Shown: positions 27,005 through 38,182 of the stretch, piece by piece | Position numbering within the stretch: position 1 is the first letter of the stretch | Layout of the letters: the number at the start of each line of letters is the position of its first letter | UHGV virus genome: UHGV-1367859 | DNA length: 64,000 nt | Source: a virus | Reading direction: 5' to 3' (one strand) | Program-made: the position numbers and the translations under genes | The notes under the pieces: model-generated | The model's input: only the letters and a program-made list of their open reading frames with translations | Told to the model about the DNA's origin: nothing | Databases searched by the model: none

Positions 27005-29400
27005 ATGAGTGATTTCACAAATTTACCCCCACAACAACTGCCATTCTCCAGAAAGAATAAGGCTTGGAGAAAGAAGCACCTTGACTGGGCTGGCTCTAAG
27101 ACATTTTTCAACTATTCTTTGGTAAGGAAGAGTGTGATACATAAGAAAATCAACTATGATTTACTTAATGGTAGGCTTCACATGAGTGACCTTGCAATGG
27201 TATTGAACCCTGATAACATAAAGGCAGGTTACATACCTGAAAGGATTCAACATTACCCTATAATGAATAGTAAGCTGAATGTTCTTAGGGGAGAAGAGTC
27301 CGATAGAGTATTTGACTATAGGGTAGTTGTAACTAATCCAAATGCTATTTCTGAAATAGAGAATAATAAAAAGCAGGAATTACTTGCAAGAGTTCAGCAA
27401 CTATTAGCTGAGGAGACTCAATCAGAGGAAGAGTTCAATGCAGAGCTTGAAAAACTCAATGACTTCTTTACTTTTGAGTGGCAAGACATGAGAGAGGTAA
27501 GAGCCAATGCTCTCCTTAATCACTACTCTAAAGAGCTTAATTTCCCCTTCCTCTTTAACCAAGGTTTTACTGATGCAATGGCAGTAGGTGAAGAGATTTA
27601 CCAATGTGATATTGTAGGTGGTGAACCTATCATAGAAAGACTAAATCCTCTTAAAGTCAGAGTATTCAAGTCAGGATATAGTAACAGGATTGAGGATGCT
27701 GATATGATTGTACTTGAGGACTATTGGAGTCCTGGTAAAATCATAGACACTTATTATGATGTCCTTACCAAAAAGGACATGGAGTACATAGAAAAGATGC
27801 CCAATAACACAGACCAAGTAACTGACTCTATGGATAACATAGATGATAGAATGGGGTTTGTAAATGGGCACATGATAGGGGAAGAATTTACTTCTCAGGA
27901 AGGTTTCTTCTGGGACCCCATAGGAATGACAGATGGTGTAGGCACTTCACTTCTTCCTTTTGATGTTGCAGGAAATATAAGGGTACTTAGAGTTTACTGG
28001 AAATCAAGAAGGAGAATTAAGAAAGTTAAGTCTTACGACCCTCAGACAGGTGAAGAGGTATTTAATCTCTACCCAGAAACTTACGTTATAGATAAGGACA
28101 AAGGTGAGGAGGAAAAGATATTATATATCAATGAAGCCTGGGAAGGGACAAAGATAGGTAATGACATCTATGTCAACATGAGACCTAGAGTAGTTCAGTA
28201 TAACAGACTATCCAATCCTTCAAGGTGCCATTTTGGTATTATAGGTTCTATCTATAACCTTAATGACAACAAGCCTTTCTCTCTTGTTGATATGATGAAG
28301 CCCTATAACTATCTCTATGATACAATTCATGATAGGCTCAACAAGCTAATCTCAAGAAACTGGGGTATGCTTATTAACCTTGACCTTGCTAAGGTTCCTA
28401 AAGGATGGGAGATAGAGAAATGGATGTACTTTGCTAAGACTAATGGTATTGTAGTTACAGATAGTTTTAAGGAAGGCAATATTGGTGCTGCTACAGGTAA
28501 GCTTGCAGGTGCTCTTAACAATGCAAGTTCTGGAGTTGTCAATGCTGAACTTGGTAATACTATACAGCAATATACCAATCTTCTTGAGTTTATCAAGATG
28601 GAAATGTCTGATGTGGCTGGTATTTCTAGGCAAAGAGAAGGTCAGATAAGTAATAGAGAGACTGTTGGTGGTGTCGAAAGAGCTACCTTACAATCTTCTC
28701 ATATAACTGAATGGCTCTTTATCATACATGATGATGTAAAGAAGAGGGTTCTTGAGGCATTCCTTGAAACAGCTAAGATAGCTTTAAGAGGCAGAAGTAA
28801 GAAGTTCCAGTATATTCTTTCTGATAATTCAAGTAAGGTTATGGACATAGATGGAGATGAGTTCTCTGAAAATGATTATGGCCTTGTTGTAGATAATAGT
28901 AATGGACTACAGGAGTTACAGCAGAAGATGGATATGCTTGCTCAGGCAGCTTTGCAGAATCAGACTCTTACCTTCTCCACTATCATGAAGCTCTATAATA
29001 GCTCTTCTCTTGCTGAAAAACAGAGAATGGTTGAGAAGAATGAACAGGAGCTTATGCAAAGACAGCAGGAAGCTCAACAGCAGCAATTACAGGCTCAGCA
29101 ACAATAGGCTCAGATGGAAGCTCAGATAAGGGAAGCTGAAATGCAGCTCAAAGATACAATGAATCAGAGAGATAATGAGACTAAGATACTTATAGCAGGT
29201 ATAGGTTCTCAAAGTCAGGAAGATGGCATCCAAGAGCAGGAGTTTTCTGAAGAGGCAAGAGCTAATCTGTTTGAAAAGATGAGAGAGTTTGATGAGAGGC
29301 TCAAACTTGACAGAGAAAGGTTAGCCTTTGATAAGAAGAAAGCTCAAACTGATGCTGAACTCAAAAGAAAATAGATTAATAAGAAACCAAATACTAGTAA
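27005..29400 (+). CDS. portal protein candidate (reads through 2 TAG codons)
   Basis: A large protein of more than 700 aa directly after the terminase. The frame stays open through TAG at 29105 and 29372 to TAA at 29398-29400, and has a Gln-rich C-terminus. Confidence 0.45.
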
Positions 29401-29403
29401 GTA

Positions 29404-30318
29404 ATGAGAAAATTTGATAATATAATACATTCAAATTCAGCCCCTCCTACCAATAGTCTGTGGCTCCATAATGACAAACTTCAATACCATAACAATGGCA
29501 AATGGACTGATATAATATTAACGATAGGAGAAGACAATCCAGAGGCTAAGTTAAAGTTTGAAGAGAGAGAACTGAGTCCCCTACATGACTATGTACCTGT
29601 TATACTTGTAAATAGAGACCGCGACGCGCCACTCAAAATTTTAGCAACGTTTTATAATGGTCAAGTAACAGCAATTGCCGATGGCAAGGCTATTATTTTC
29701 AATGTAGACTACAATGAGAATTGGCTTGTAAAGGAGACTAGAATTATTGACCTTACTCTACTTCCTACCTATGTTGACCTTGAACTAGGTGACTCTCCTG
29801 AGATTGAAGCATATAATAGAGAACAGCTGTCTAGGGTGGCAGGAACATAGTTCCTTGTTCATGCTGACTATGGCATTGGAGTAGGTTCTTGGTATTATAA
29901 TGCAGGTGGAGAAGCTACCATCACTACAGCATCAGGTAACAGAGTGCATTACATATTAACTGCGGATGGAGCTTGTAGAAGGGATGCTGACCACTTTGAC
30001 CATTCTGAATTATTTTATGATTTAGGGGTTATTAACTTAGCTGAAATAACTCCTACAACTATAATAAATAAAGAGATAACTGACTCTGTAGGGGTGGCTC
30101 AGTTCAAAAAAGCTTCGAATGTAGTTCTGACTGTTCACACTTCAAATGGAGATTTTGAAGTTAATTGCCCTCAGGTTTCAATGGGTCCTATTCAAAAGAC
30201 ATTTAATAGTCCTAGCATTGTAGCTGGTAATGAAGATAGTTGGAATTATCTTAAGATAATAGCTAACATCCAAACTGACCCAAGCAAAGTATTAATCACT
30301 ATTGAGGCAATGCAATGA
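29404..30318 (+). CDS. virion structural protein candidate (1 in-frame TAG)
   Basis: Track ORFs 29404-29850 and 29944-30318 are in the same frame and are joined only by TAG at 29848-29850. The gene ends with TGA. Confidence 0.5.
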
Positions 30319-31109
30319 GAAAGTTTAGAGCAATAGTACAAACTCCAAAAGAACCATAGGACCATGAAGTCTTATGGTATTGGAAGGGTAATCTACTATA
30401 CTGGAATAATGGAGGTTGGGAACCATTTCATACCAATATTAAAGCTTCAGATATAAAATTTGAGTCTATCTTTTTTGATAATAAAGATAATGTAGATGAG
30501 GTACTAAGGGCATTACTTGAGATAGTTATAAGTAACCAATGGAAAATAGAGAATGCTTTTACAGTAATTGAAGCTGACAATATCCTTACTAATTCATTCT
30601 TTATTGATAGTACTAAGTATTGGTTATCTGAGATTCTTCAACCTTTTACAGTAGGGGCTAAATTTATTAAGGTAGGGAAAGGGTTTCTCTCTAAACAGAG
30701 AGCTAAAGCTGCTGTAATCAGAGAAGATGGAGTTCCTGTATTAGCTGTAAAGGGTTCCACTATACCTTGTACCCTTACTTAGCCTTTCTTATTCTTAAAT
30801 CTGGAAGCAATAGACCCTGATTATAAATTCCCATTCTATGTTACTTTAACATTCAAATTTAAAGGAACTTCATTTGGTAATATAGAAATAGCTACCGTAG
30901 ATTAGGATGGTGAGTCTATTGAAATAAAAGATACTTTGAGAATAGAACCTGATAATAAATGGCACATATATAAAACTACTTTTTTACTTGATAGGTATAA
31001 AGGAATAAGGTTTAATTTAAATGCTGATGTAAGGATAAAGGGGTTAAATATGAGAATGAATGAGGCTAGGACCCTTCATCTCAAGCCAGAAAGTTTAATT
31101 AATAAATAA
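30315..31109 (+). CDS. amber-recoded structural protein
   Basis: Manual translation gives 264 codons with 3 in-frame TAG and a TAA stop. The ATG overlaps the previous TGA (ATGA). Confidence 0.5.
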
Positions 31110-31152
31110 TGTAGATATGACTAAATAGGAAAAGGATGAACTATTTAATGAG

Positions 31153-32214
31153 TTGCTAGCTTTTCTCTCTAGGTCTTCAGTAAGTGTTGAAGACCTTCCA
31201 GAGGCTGGCAGCTTAGATGATGTGAATAGTTTTCCTGCATATAAGAAAGACTCTAAGGAGCTGGTAACCATTCCTTCTAGTGCTCTTAAAGAAGCTTCAA
31301 ATAAAGCTGATGCAGCTGCTCAGTCTGCACTTAGTGCATCTTAGCAATGTATGATTGCTGGAGCTAATGCTAACAATGCTGTATAGAGAGTCAACTAGAC
31401 CTTGAATTCTTTGCCTGGTTAGGTAGAAACACTGGTTAATAATTCTACTAGTGCACAGTCTAATGTAAATTCTAGAATTATTAATTTCTATACAAGTAGA
31501 CCTTCTTCTAATGCACTTGAATTAGAAATAACTGTATCAGAAAATGATTATAGAACTTTTGAATAGCTTCTGGAAGAAGAGTATGACTATGCTGATAGTT
31601 ATGACCATAGACCAATAATATTTACAGTTCTACAGAATAATGGTGTACCTAAGTATAGGAAGATTGTTTATGACAATAACCTTAGGGATAGTTAGAACTA
31701 TATTGACTATGACTTAAGTGGACTTCATGAGAGAATAGATACTCTTGACAGTAGGGTTCCTTATGATGCAGGAATAATAGAACTAGATTTAGTAAGTCAA
31801 GGAGAAACAACTTCCAAACAGGAAACTTTATTGCCTTCTAATAAAAATTATTTCAAATTTATAGAGATACTAGAATAGAGGGATAATAGGACTGTGCTAT
31901 GTACTATTGTCCCATCTAAAACTTAGGTAGGAAGTCCTTATACTGGTTTCAGATTCTTATGTTCTCTTCATAAGGATGGCTATGACTGGTCTATTCTTAC
32001 AGGTAAATATATTGATGTTGGTGAGGATGCAATAAACATTTATTATCTTTGTATTAAATGTTATAAGCCAACTTTTGGAGTAGGTGATGGGATGAGTATA
32101 TTAAAGTATCCTATTAAACAAGTAACTATTAGGCTTACTGAAGGTGAAGGAGATGGTCATTGTACAGAATTGTAGGAGATTAAAGCAACTGAAATAGTTG
32201 AAAAAATGATATAA
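31153..32214 (+). CDS. amber-recoded structural (tail-fibre-like) protein
   Basis: 353 codons with about 10 in-frame TAG and no TAA/TGA until 32212-32214. Confidence 0.5.
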
Positions 32215-32237
32215 TAAATGATAAATGAATTTTAAGT

Positions 32238-33295
32238 ATGGAAATTGAATATTTAGGAAAAAGCTCTTTTAATAAAATATAGAACTAGCTTCAGCTTCTT
32301 AATTCCTATAGTGAATGGAAAGACATCACTGAAGAGTGTGTTCATATTGGATATAAAGTTAATCCACAGATAGTTCCTTAGGATTTGCAAGAAGGTAATG
32401 ACATTTTTGTGGAAGATGAAAATAGTATTGCAATAAATGCTGTAAGCCTCTTATCAGAGGATGCTACTTGGTGTGGTGACTTGAACGTTGCGTATAACTT
32501 TAAAATATTAATTTAGCCTAAAGCTTCTTCTAGCTCTGACATGGGTTTAATTGCTCAAACTATCTTAAGTAAGGATTTTGTTGGAAAAACCCTCGTAGTA
32601 AAAGCTGCTAATATTGGAGAGGAAGTGGAAGAGGATTACTCCATATAGGACATAACAGTTAGTGAAGTTTTAGAAAATGGACTTACATATAAATAGAGGG
32701 AGAGCAGGTTTTTCAATGAGAAGGAGCAATTTGTGGCAAGCCTAATGGTAAGTTAGGCAGTAGTATCTTTCCATTATAACCAGGAATATAAATACAAGGT
32801 AGTTTACAAAGACTCTGTCTTTACAACGCCAGCCGACTTTGTAAATAAAATGGTATATGGAGACGCTCCTTTTAGTATGATTGGTTAGAAGCTCTCCTCC
32901 GCAACTTTCAGTGATGATACCGATTAGATAAGGACCCTCTGGCCATAGGGTTGGGCCTCTTTTATAGTTGTTCCAGTATATGAAGGCGAGCCGAATGGTA
33001 ATGTTAAGTCAGGTCTAAGAGTTGAATATTATAGTGGTGATAACACTAAACATGAAACTATAGTGGACAATACATCATACCAGTCTATATATGGTTAGAC
33101 TGATTATCTTATTATACCAAAAGTAAAAGGAGCTACCTAGTCAGACTACCTAGTTATAGGTAGGATTGACTCAGCTTTTAAACCAGTGGGAGTTGAAATC
33201 TATGAGATGACTGCTCCTTATAGATAGATTGTCGATAGGGTAAGTGATGTAGACTATAGAATCAGAGAATTAGAAAAGTAGCTGAATGCTACATA
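32238..33295 (+). CDS. amber-recoded structural (tail-fibre-like) protein
   Basis: About 352 codons with about 15 in-frame TAG, terminating at TAA. Confidence 0.45.
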
Positions 33296-33317
33296 AATAT
33301 AATATTTTTTTTTCTAA

Positions 33318-33360
33318 TCACAATAAATCTACTTATTCTATCGTGTAAGTAGATTTATTG
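33318..33360 (+). repeat. long perfect inverted repeat (hairpin)
   Basis: acaataaatctact ... agtagatttattgt, a 14-bp stem, directly upstream of a -7-like TAACTTTG at 33364-33371 and the ATG at 33374. Confidence 0.5.
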
Positions 33361-33373
33361 TTTTAACTTTGTG

Positions 33374-33801
33374 CGATGAAAAAATATATAATTTGTTGGA
33401 TAATAGTAATAGCAAGTATACTTTCATCAAGCTTAATATCCTGCACAACTACAAGAGAGGTTGAAGTTCCTGTTTACATCGAGACTACAAAGACTGAATA
33501 TATCAACTAGCTTTATAAAGATAGCATATTTATACATGATAGTATTGATAGATATATTTCAGGAGATACTGTGTATCAGTATAAATACAAGTACATATAT
33601 AAGTATCTGAACAGAACAGACACTATAGTTAAGACTGATAGTATAGAAGTCCCTGTTGAAGTAAAGACAACTGAAATAAAGGAAGTCAATAAGTTAAAGG
33701 GCTATCAATCATTTCTTATGTGCTTTGGATTTGGCTTTATCCTTATCCTGCTTTATAAGGCTATTAACTTTGGGAGAACCATTTTTAATAAGAGCAACTA
33801 A
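33374..33801 (+). CDS. lipoprotein with C-terminal TM helix (unimolecular-spanin-like); 1 in-frame TAG
   Basis: MKKYIICWIIVIASILSSSLISC is a signal peptide with a lipobox Cys. The C-terminal segment FLMCFGFGFILILLY is a TM helix. There is a TAG at codon 45. Confidence 0.4.
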
Positions 33802-33980
33802 CTAGTTGTTAGCCTAAATAAACCTTCTAGTTAGCAGTTATGATAACTACAGGTACTACGATAGTCTCAGTAACTTCAACTCTAGGTATGAGTACAGTAA
33901 CTCGAATGCTAATTTAGGCTTGCTCAAATCTTTCAAGTGATAATGCTTAAAAGAGCAAAACTCAACTTGAAAATCAATAT

Positions 33981-34340
33981 ATGGAAATGATTGGGATGGA
34001 AACACTCATTACTGGAGGTATAGGGTTACTTACTACTATTGTTAGTGCTTGGGCTTCCTGGGTATTTGCCAGGAAGAAATATAACAGTGAGGTAGATAAT
34101 AACTTAATACAAAACATGCAAGAATCTTTGGACTTTTACAAGAAGTTGTCCGATGATAATAGGGCAAGGCTGGAAGAGGTTCTGAAGAGAAATGAAGACT
34201 TGGAAGATGAGGTTAGAGAACTAAGGGCACAGCTATTCAGCCTTATGAGTTCTATCTGTACTGACCTCTCTTGTCAAATAAGAAGAAGGGAACTTACAAA
34301 CTTAGATACATTCAAACATGAAGAAAGTAAATCTGAATAA
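33981..34340 (+). CDS. TM plus coiled-coil protein (lysis-associated candidate)
   Basis: An N-terminal TM helix followed by charged heptad-like repeats (EEVLKRNEDLEDEVRELRAQL). Confidence 0.4.
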   Translation: MEMIGMETLITGGIGLLTTIVSAWASWVFARKKYNSEVDNNLIQNMQESLDFYKKLSDDNRARLEEVLKRNEDLEDEVRELRAQLFSLMSSICTDLSCQIRRRELTNLDTFKHEESKSE

Positions 34341-34572
34341 CCTATATGAGTCCCCTTATTCCCCTACAGACATCAAGATTTTATGGGTAGATAGGGATGA
34401 ATCAACTGGGGACATTAGGGCAATCCACAGGTACAATGTTAAGACCAAGACTTGGGAACCTTATCTAGTATCAGTGGATTATATGCAACCTACTCCTCCT
34501 GAATCTGAGACCACTCAAGTAATCAGTGAGGAACCCAAGAAAGAAGAAGTAACTAACTCTAAAGAAGAATAA
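34318..34572 (+). CDS. hypothetical protein
   Basis: 84-aa ORF. Confidence 0.3.
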   Translation: MKKVNLNNLYESPYSPTDIKILWVDRDESTGDIRAIHRYNVKTKTWEPYLVSVDYMQPTPPESETTQVISEEPKKEEVTNSKEE

Positions 34573-34629
34573 CTATGGCTAGAAGAGCAAAACCTATGTC
34601 CCCTAAAGCTGGACTTAAAAAGAAAAGAT

Positions 34630-35037
34630 ATGGCAAAGGAGGATGTCTTAAGAAGTGAAGTCCTGTATAAGGTACTTTTAGGCTCCTTAAAGATTATACC
34701 AATGCTGATAGCAATGTGCTATATGTTAAACACAGCACTTGCATATATAGATATTGACATTCCAGTGTTGAGTAACCTCGCTGGGATGTCTTTGTTTACA
34801 TGGGTATTCATTTACTTAGCCTCTATAGTATTCAGATTTTGTGCATATCATAGAATGTTTCTGTACTATATACTTGTCATAGACATACTGAATATAGTTG
34901 ATTATTATGTAGGAATACCTATATCAGACTTTAATTTAATGATGATTCACAGTGTCATAACAGGACTGACATTATTCACAATATTATATCTATATGTTAA
35001 ACATAATAAGCAATCTATTAAGACGTATAGCCGATAG
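34630..35037 (+). CDS. multi-pass membrane protein (holin candidate)
   Basis: Three to four hydrophobic helices in 135 aa. It is adjacent to the spanin-like genes. Confidence 0.35.
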   Translation: MAKEDVLRSEVLYKVLLGSLKIIPMLIAMCYMLNTALAYIDIDIPVLSNLAGMSLFTWVFIYLASIVFRFCAYHRMFLYYILVIDILNIVDYYVGIPISDFNLMMIHSVITGLTLFTILYLYVKHNKQSIKTYSR

Positions 35038-35290
35038 AATTGATGAAGGTTCCATTAGTTCTAACCATGAAGAGACTATGCAGGTTGTGGAGGCTATTCA
35101 AGGATTTGTTGATAAGGAACAGAGACTCAGTAAGTATGAAGCCTGTAGATACCTTAATATAAGTAGAGCTACATTTGATAATTATGTCAGAGCAGGCAGA
35201 TTGCCTAGAGGTAAACATCAGGCAGGTTTCAAAGAATTATCATGGTCTAAGAAAGAACTTGATTCTATTATAAGGGAGAATAGAAAATAA
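34994..35290 (+). CDS. HTH DNA-binding protein (AlpA/excisionase-like)
   Basis: ACRYLNISRATFDNYVRAGRLP is a helix-turn-helix signature. Confidence 0.35.
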   Translation: MLNIISNLLRRIADRIDEGSISSNHEETMQVVEAIQGFVDKEQRLSKYEACRYLNISRATFDNYVRAGRLPRGKHQAGFKELSWSKKELDSIIRENRK

Positions 35291-35519
35291 TTGGGTATTG
35301 TAGGGGAAGACTAGATAAAAGTGGTAAATTCTCCTACTAGTAGAATATATGATGGATTTATTTGGATATACTTAGCATAATAATGCTAAAGATGTTGGCT
35401 GGTTTTCAGTAAATTATGTGAGTGGTAGCACTGTTAGGTGTACCACTTTTTATTTATAATTTTATCCTCTGTAAGCTTACAATAACAACAAAGTTAACCA
35501 ATCAAATAATCTAACAATT

Positions 35520-36419
35520 ATGGAAAAAACTTATGTTTTTGACACTGCCGACAGAGGTGGATTTGATTCTACTGCACTCTTAGCAAGTCTAATGGGTAAC
35601 AGAGGTGTAGACCCTAATCTAATGGCTATGCTCACTAATGGCTCCAAGAACCAAGATGCTTGGGGAGGTGGAGGAATGTGGTGGATTTGGGTAATCATTA
35701 TGTTCTGGCTATGGGGTGGAAATGGTAGAAATGGTATGTTTGGTAATGGTGCTGCTGATGGTATTCCTAATCAGCTTAATAATGATTGGGGTAGAGAAGT
35801 ACTTCTTCAAGCTATCAATGGTAATGGTCAGGCAGTTTCACAACTTGCCACAACTCTTAATTGTGATGTTAATGCCCTACAAGGTGCTATAGGCAATGTA
35901 CAGAACTCTGTACAATCTGTAGCTAGTCAGCTTGGTATGACAGGTCAGCAAGTTATCAACTCTATTCAGCAAGGTAACTGTCAGTTAGGTAATCAAATGG
36001 CCCAGTGCTGCTGCAATATTCAAGATGCCATCACTAGGACTAACTATGAGAGCCAACTTTCTAATGTAAATCAAACCAACACTCTACAGAATGCTATTAA
36101 CTTTGTTAATAGTTCAGTGGAGAGAGGGTTCTCATCTACAGCCTATGCTACTGCACAGCAGACTTGTGACCTAAAGAATGCTATTGCACAACAGACCACA
36201 CTTATTAATGATAAGTTCTGTCAGCTAGAAATGAGAGAAATGCAGAATAAGATTGATGCTCTAAGACAGGAGAACAGCCAATTAGCTCTAGCTGCTTCTC
36301 AGCAAGCACAAACTGCTAATATCATTAGTCAAGTAAGACCTACCCCAACTCCTGCTTATGTAGTTGCAAATCCTTATTGTAACTGTGGTAGCCCTTATAC
36401 TAATGGATGCAATTGTTAA
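35520..36419 (+). CDS. Gly/Asn/Gln-rich, Cys-containing structural protein
   Basis: Low-complexity GGGMWWIW...GGNGRNG and CCCN / CNCGSPYTNGCNC cysteine clusters. Confidence 0.45.
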   Translation: MEKTYVFDTADRGGFDSTALLASLMGNRGVDPNLMAMLTNGSKNQDAWGGGGMWWIWVIIMFWLWGGNGRNGMFGNGAADGIPNQLNNDWGREVLLQAINGNGQAVSQLATTLNCDVNALQGAIGNVQNSVQSVASQLGMTGQQVINSIQQGNCQLGNQMAQCCCNIQDAITRTNYESQLSNVNQTNTLQNAINFVNSSVERGFSSTAYATAQQTCDLKNAIAQQTTLINDKFCQLEMREMQNKIDALRQENSQLALAASQQAQTANIISQVRPTPTPAYVVANPYCNCGSPYTNGCNC

Positions 36420-36437
36420 TTTCTAAAGTATACAATT

Positions 36438-36869
36438 ATGGCAGTAACAGTTTCACCAGTAGGATTAGCCACTGCTCCAGTGGCTAATGAGTTAGCCTTC
36501 ATGGCTACTTACAAGGAAAAGCTATGCCGTCCGTTCTGTGTAGATTCAACTATACAACCTCAGGTATCTGTAGTTTATACTACAGGTACCCCAAGGTTGG
36601 TTGAGACAACTGTCTTTATCCCTGTCAAGGCAGTGATAACAGTTGTAACTCAGAATAGTCAGTGTGGTTGCAATGCACATACTCAGCTATTTACTGAAAA
36701 CTTTGTAGTTGCATTCCAGGGTCAGACTGCTCTACCTACAACAGTAACACTTACCAATGTGGGAAGAGACCAGTTTGGGTCTAATATAAATTGTGGATGT
36801 GCTTTCTCATACACAATAAATGACTCTCTGACTCTTGCTATAACACCACCTGCTGCACCAGCGGCATAA
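36438..36869 (+). CDS. hypothetical structural protein
   Basis: 143-aa ORF. Confidence 0.4.
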   Translation: MAVTVSPVGLATAPVANELAFMATYKEKLCRPFCVDSTIQPQVSVVYTTGTPRLVETTVFIPVKAVITVVTQNSQCGCNAHTQLFTENFVVAFQGQTALPTTVTLTNVGRDQFGSNINCGCAFSYTINDSLTLAITPPAAPAA

Positions 36870-36895
36870 ATTTAACCAACTAAATTATCAACAAT

Positions 36896-37408
36896 ATGTT
36901 TTCCAACTTAAGAACTAACAGTCAGATATACATACTGCACAAAGAATCTACCCCCTATGTTGAAGTGGGTCAGGTACTGAGTGTTTCACAACCTCAGCCT
37001 AGATTCCCAGTGGCTAACTTCATGAACCCTCAGGAACTCGTAGTAGATGTTGTAGTGAGGATAAATGGTAATGATGTTACATTGCAGAAGCTTCCTGCAA
37101 ACCTTGATGTTGCAGACCAAGGAACTTCTAACGGAGCTTTGGTTATAACTACATCAAGAGAAGCTATGAATGCAGAGGTAGATTCACTCAGACAGAAGAG
37201 TCTTGGCATCCTTAATAGTGTAGATTATCATAAGAAAATAGTTCAAGATTGTGAAGTATTACTTCAAAGATTAAATCCAGAGTTTGCAGAACAGAAACAA
37301 CAAAAGCAAGAGATAGATATGCTGAAGTCTCAGATGTCTGAAATGATGACAGATATGAAAGAATTAATGGCTCAGCTTAAGTCAAAGGAAAGCACAACTA
37401 AATCATAA
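36896..37408 (+). CDS. hypothetical protein (coiled-coil C-terminus)
   Basis: 170-aa ORF. Confidence 0.45.
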   Translation: MFSNLRTNSQIYILHKESTPYVEVGQVLSVSQPQPRFPVANFMNPQELVVDVVVRINGNDVTLQKLPANLDVADQGTSNGALVITTSREAMNAEVDSLRQKSLGILNSVDYHKKIVQDCEVLLQRLNPEFAEQKQQKQEIDMLKSQMSEMMTDMKELMAQLKSKESTTKS

Positions 37409-37413
37409 AAACT

Positions 37414-37644
37414 ATGGGAAGAATTTATCAAATAATGGATGAAGATGAAAGAGGTGGCAGAGGCTCTAGGAGAGAGGATGAAGACTATATGCTTGAAAAG
37501 GCTTTCAAGGAAGGTTGTGAACATGGCTATAAGAAAGCTATGAGAGAAGCAGGCTTTGATGAAAGGAGAGGTGGTCTTTATAGAGGAAGCTATAGAGAAG
37601 GCTTTGAGGAAAAGATTGAAAAACTCAAAGAAAAATATAGATGA
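37414..37644 (+). CDS. small charged protein
   Basis: 76 aa, rich in Arg/Glu/Gly. Confidence 0.35.
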   Translation: MGRIYQIMDEDERGGRGSRREDEDYMLEKAFKEGCEHGYKKAMREAGFDERRGGLYRGSYREGFEEKIEKLKEKYR

Positions 37645-37795
37645 TATGGGTCTCAGGCAGCAGTTCAAGATAAGGAAGTATGACTGGGATGTAGTAATAT
37701 ATTACACTGTAGATGAGAAATAGAAGACTGAGATAGTCACTGAACTTAAAGAGCTTCAGCCTGACAAAGAAACCTTTGAGAAACTGGAAAGGAAC

Positions 37796-38047
37796 TTGAT
37801 GAACTCGGAACTTGATACAGGTTTCATATACTCAAGCTTCTATAAGAAGTTCTCACTTATAGTCATACATAAGGCTTCAAGTATAGGAGAATTTGTTAAC
37901 ACCTTTGAGCATGAAAAGAATCATCTTGAAATGCACATATGTGAGGCTCTTGACATCAATCCTTACTCTGAGGAAGCTGCAATACTTAGTGGTGAAACAG
38001 CTATGCAGATACTCAATGAAGCACTCTATAATATAGCTGAGCTATAA
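37796..38047 (+). CDS. hypothetical protein
   Basis: 83-aa ORF followed by a terminator. Confidence 0.35.
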   Translation: MMNSELDTGFIYSSFYKKFSLIVIHKASSIGEFVNTFEHEKNHLEMHICEALDINPYSEEAAILSGETAMQILNEALYNIAEL

Positions 38048-38090
38048 TACGAAGGGAGACAGTAGTGTCTCCCTTTATTTTTACATTTTT
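38048..38090 (+). terminator. rho-independent terminator
   Basis: Hairpin gggagacagtagtgtctccc followed by tttattttt. Confidence 0.6.
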
Positions 38091-38123
38091 ATTTACACTT
38101 CCTATAATATTTCATTTAGGCTA

Positions 38124-38160
38124 TTGTACAGTACAGAAACTTTTTCTACCTTTGCAGCGA
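38124..38160 (+). promoter_or_regulatory. Bacteroidetes-type sigma-A promoter
   Basis: TTG at 38124-38126, a 20-nt spacer, TACCTTTG at 38147-38154. The ATG is at 38183. Confidence 0.5.
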
Positions 38161-38182
38161 AGTTTAATAATGAGAAGTTAAT

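Noticed and set aside
30319-33373. An apparent ~3-kb ORF-free gap in the six-frame track, and a similar one at 48880-53568. Could this be non-coding or repeat DNA?
   Set aside because: Manual translation shows continuous frames interrupted only by TAG. These are recoded genes, not intergenic DNA.
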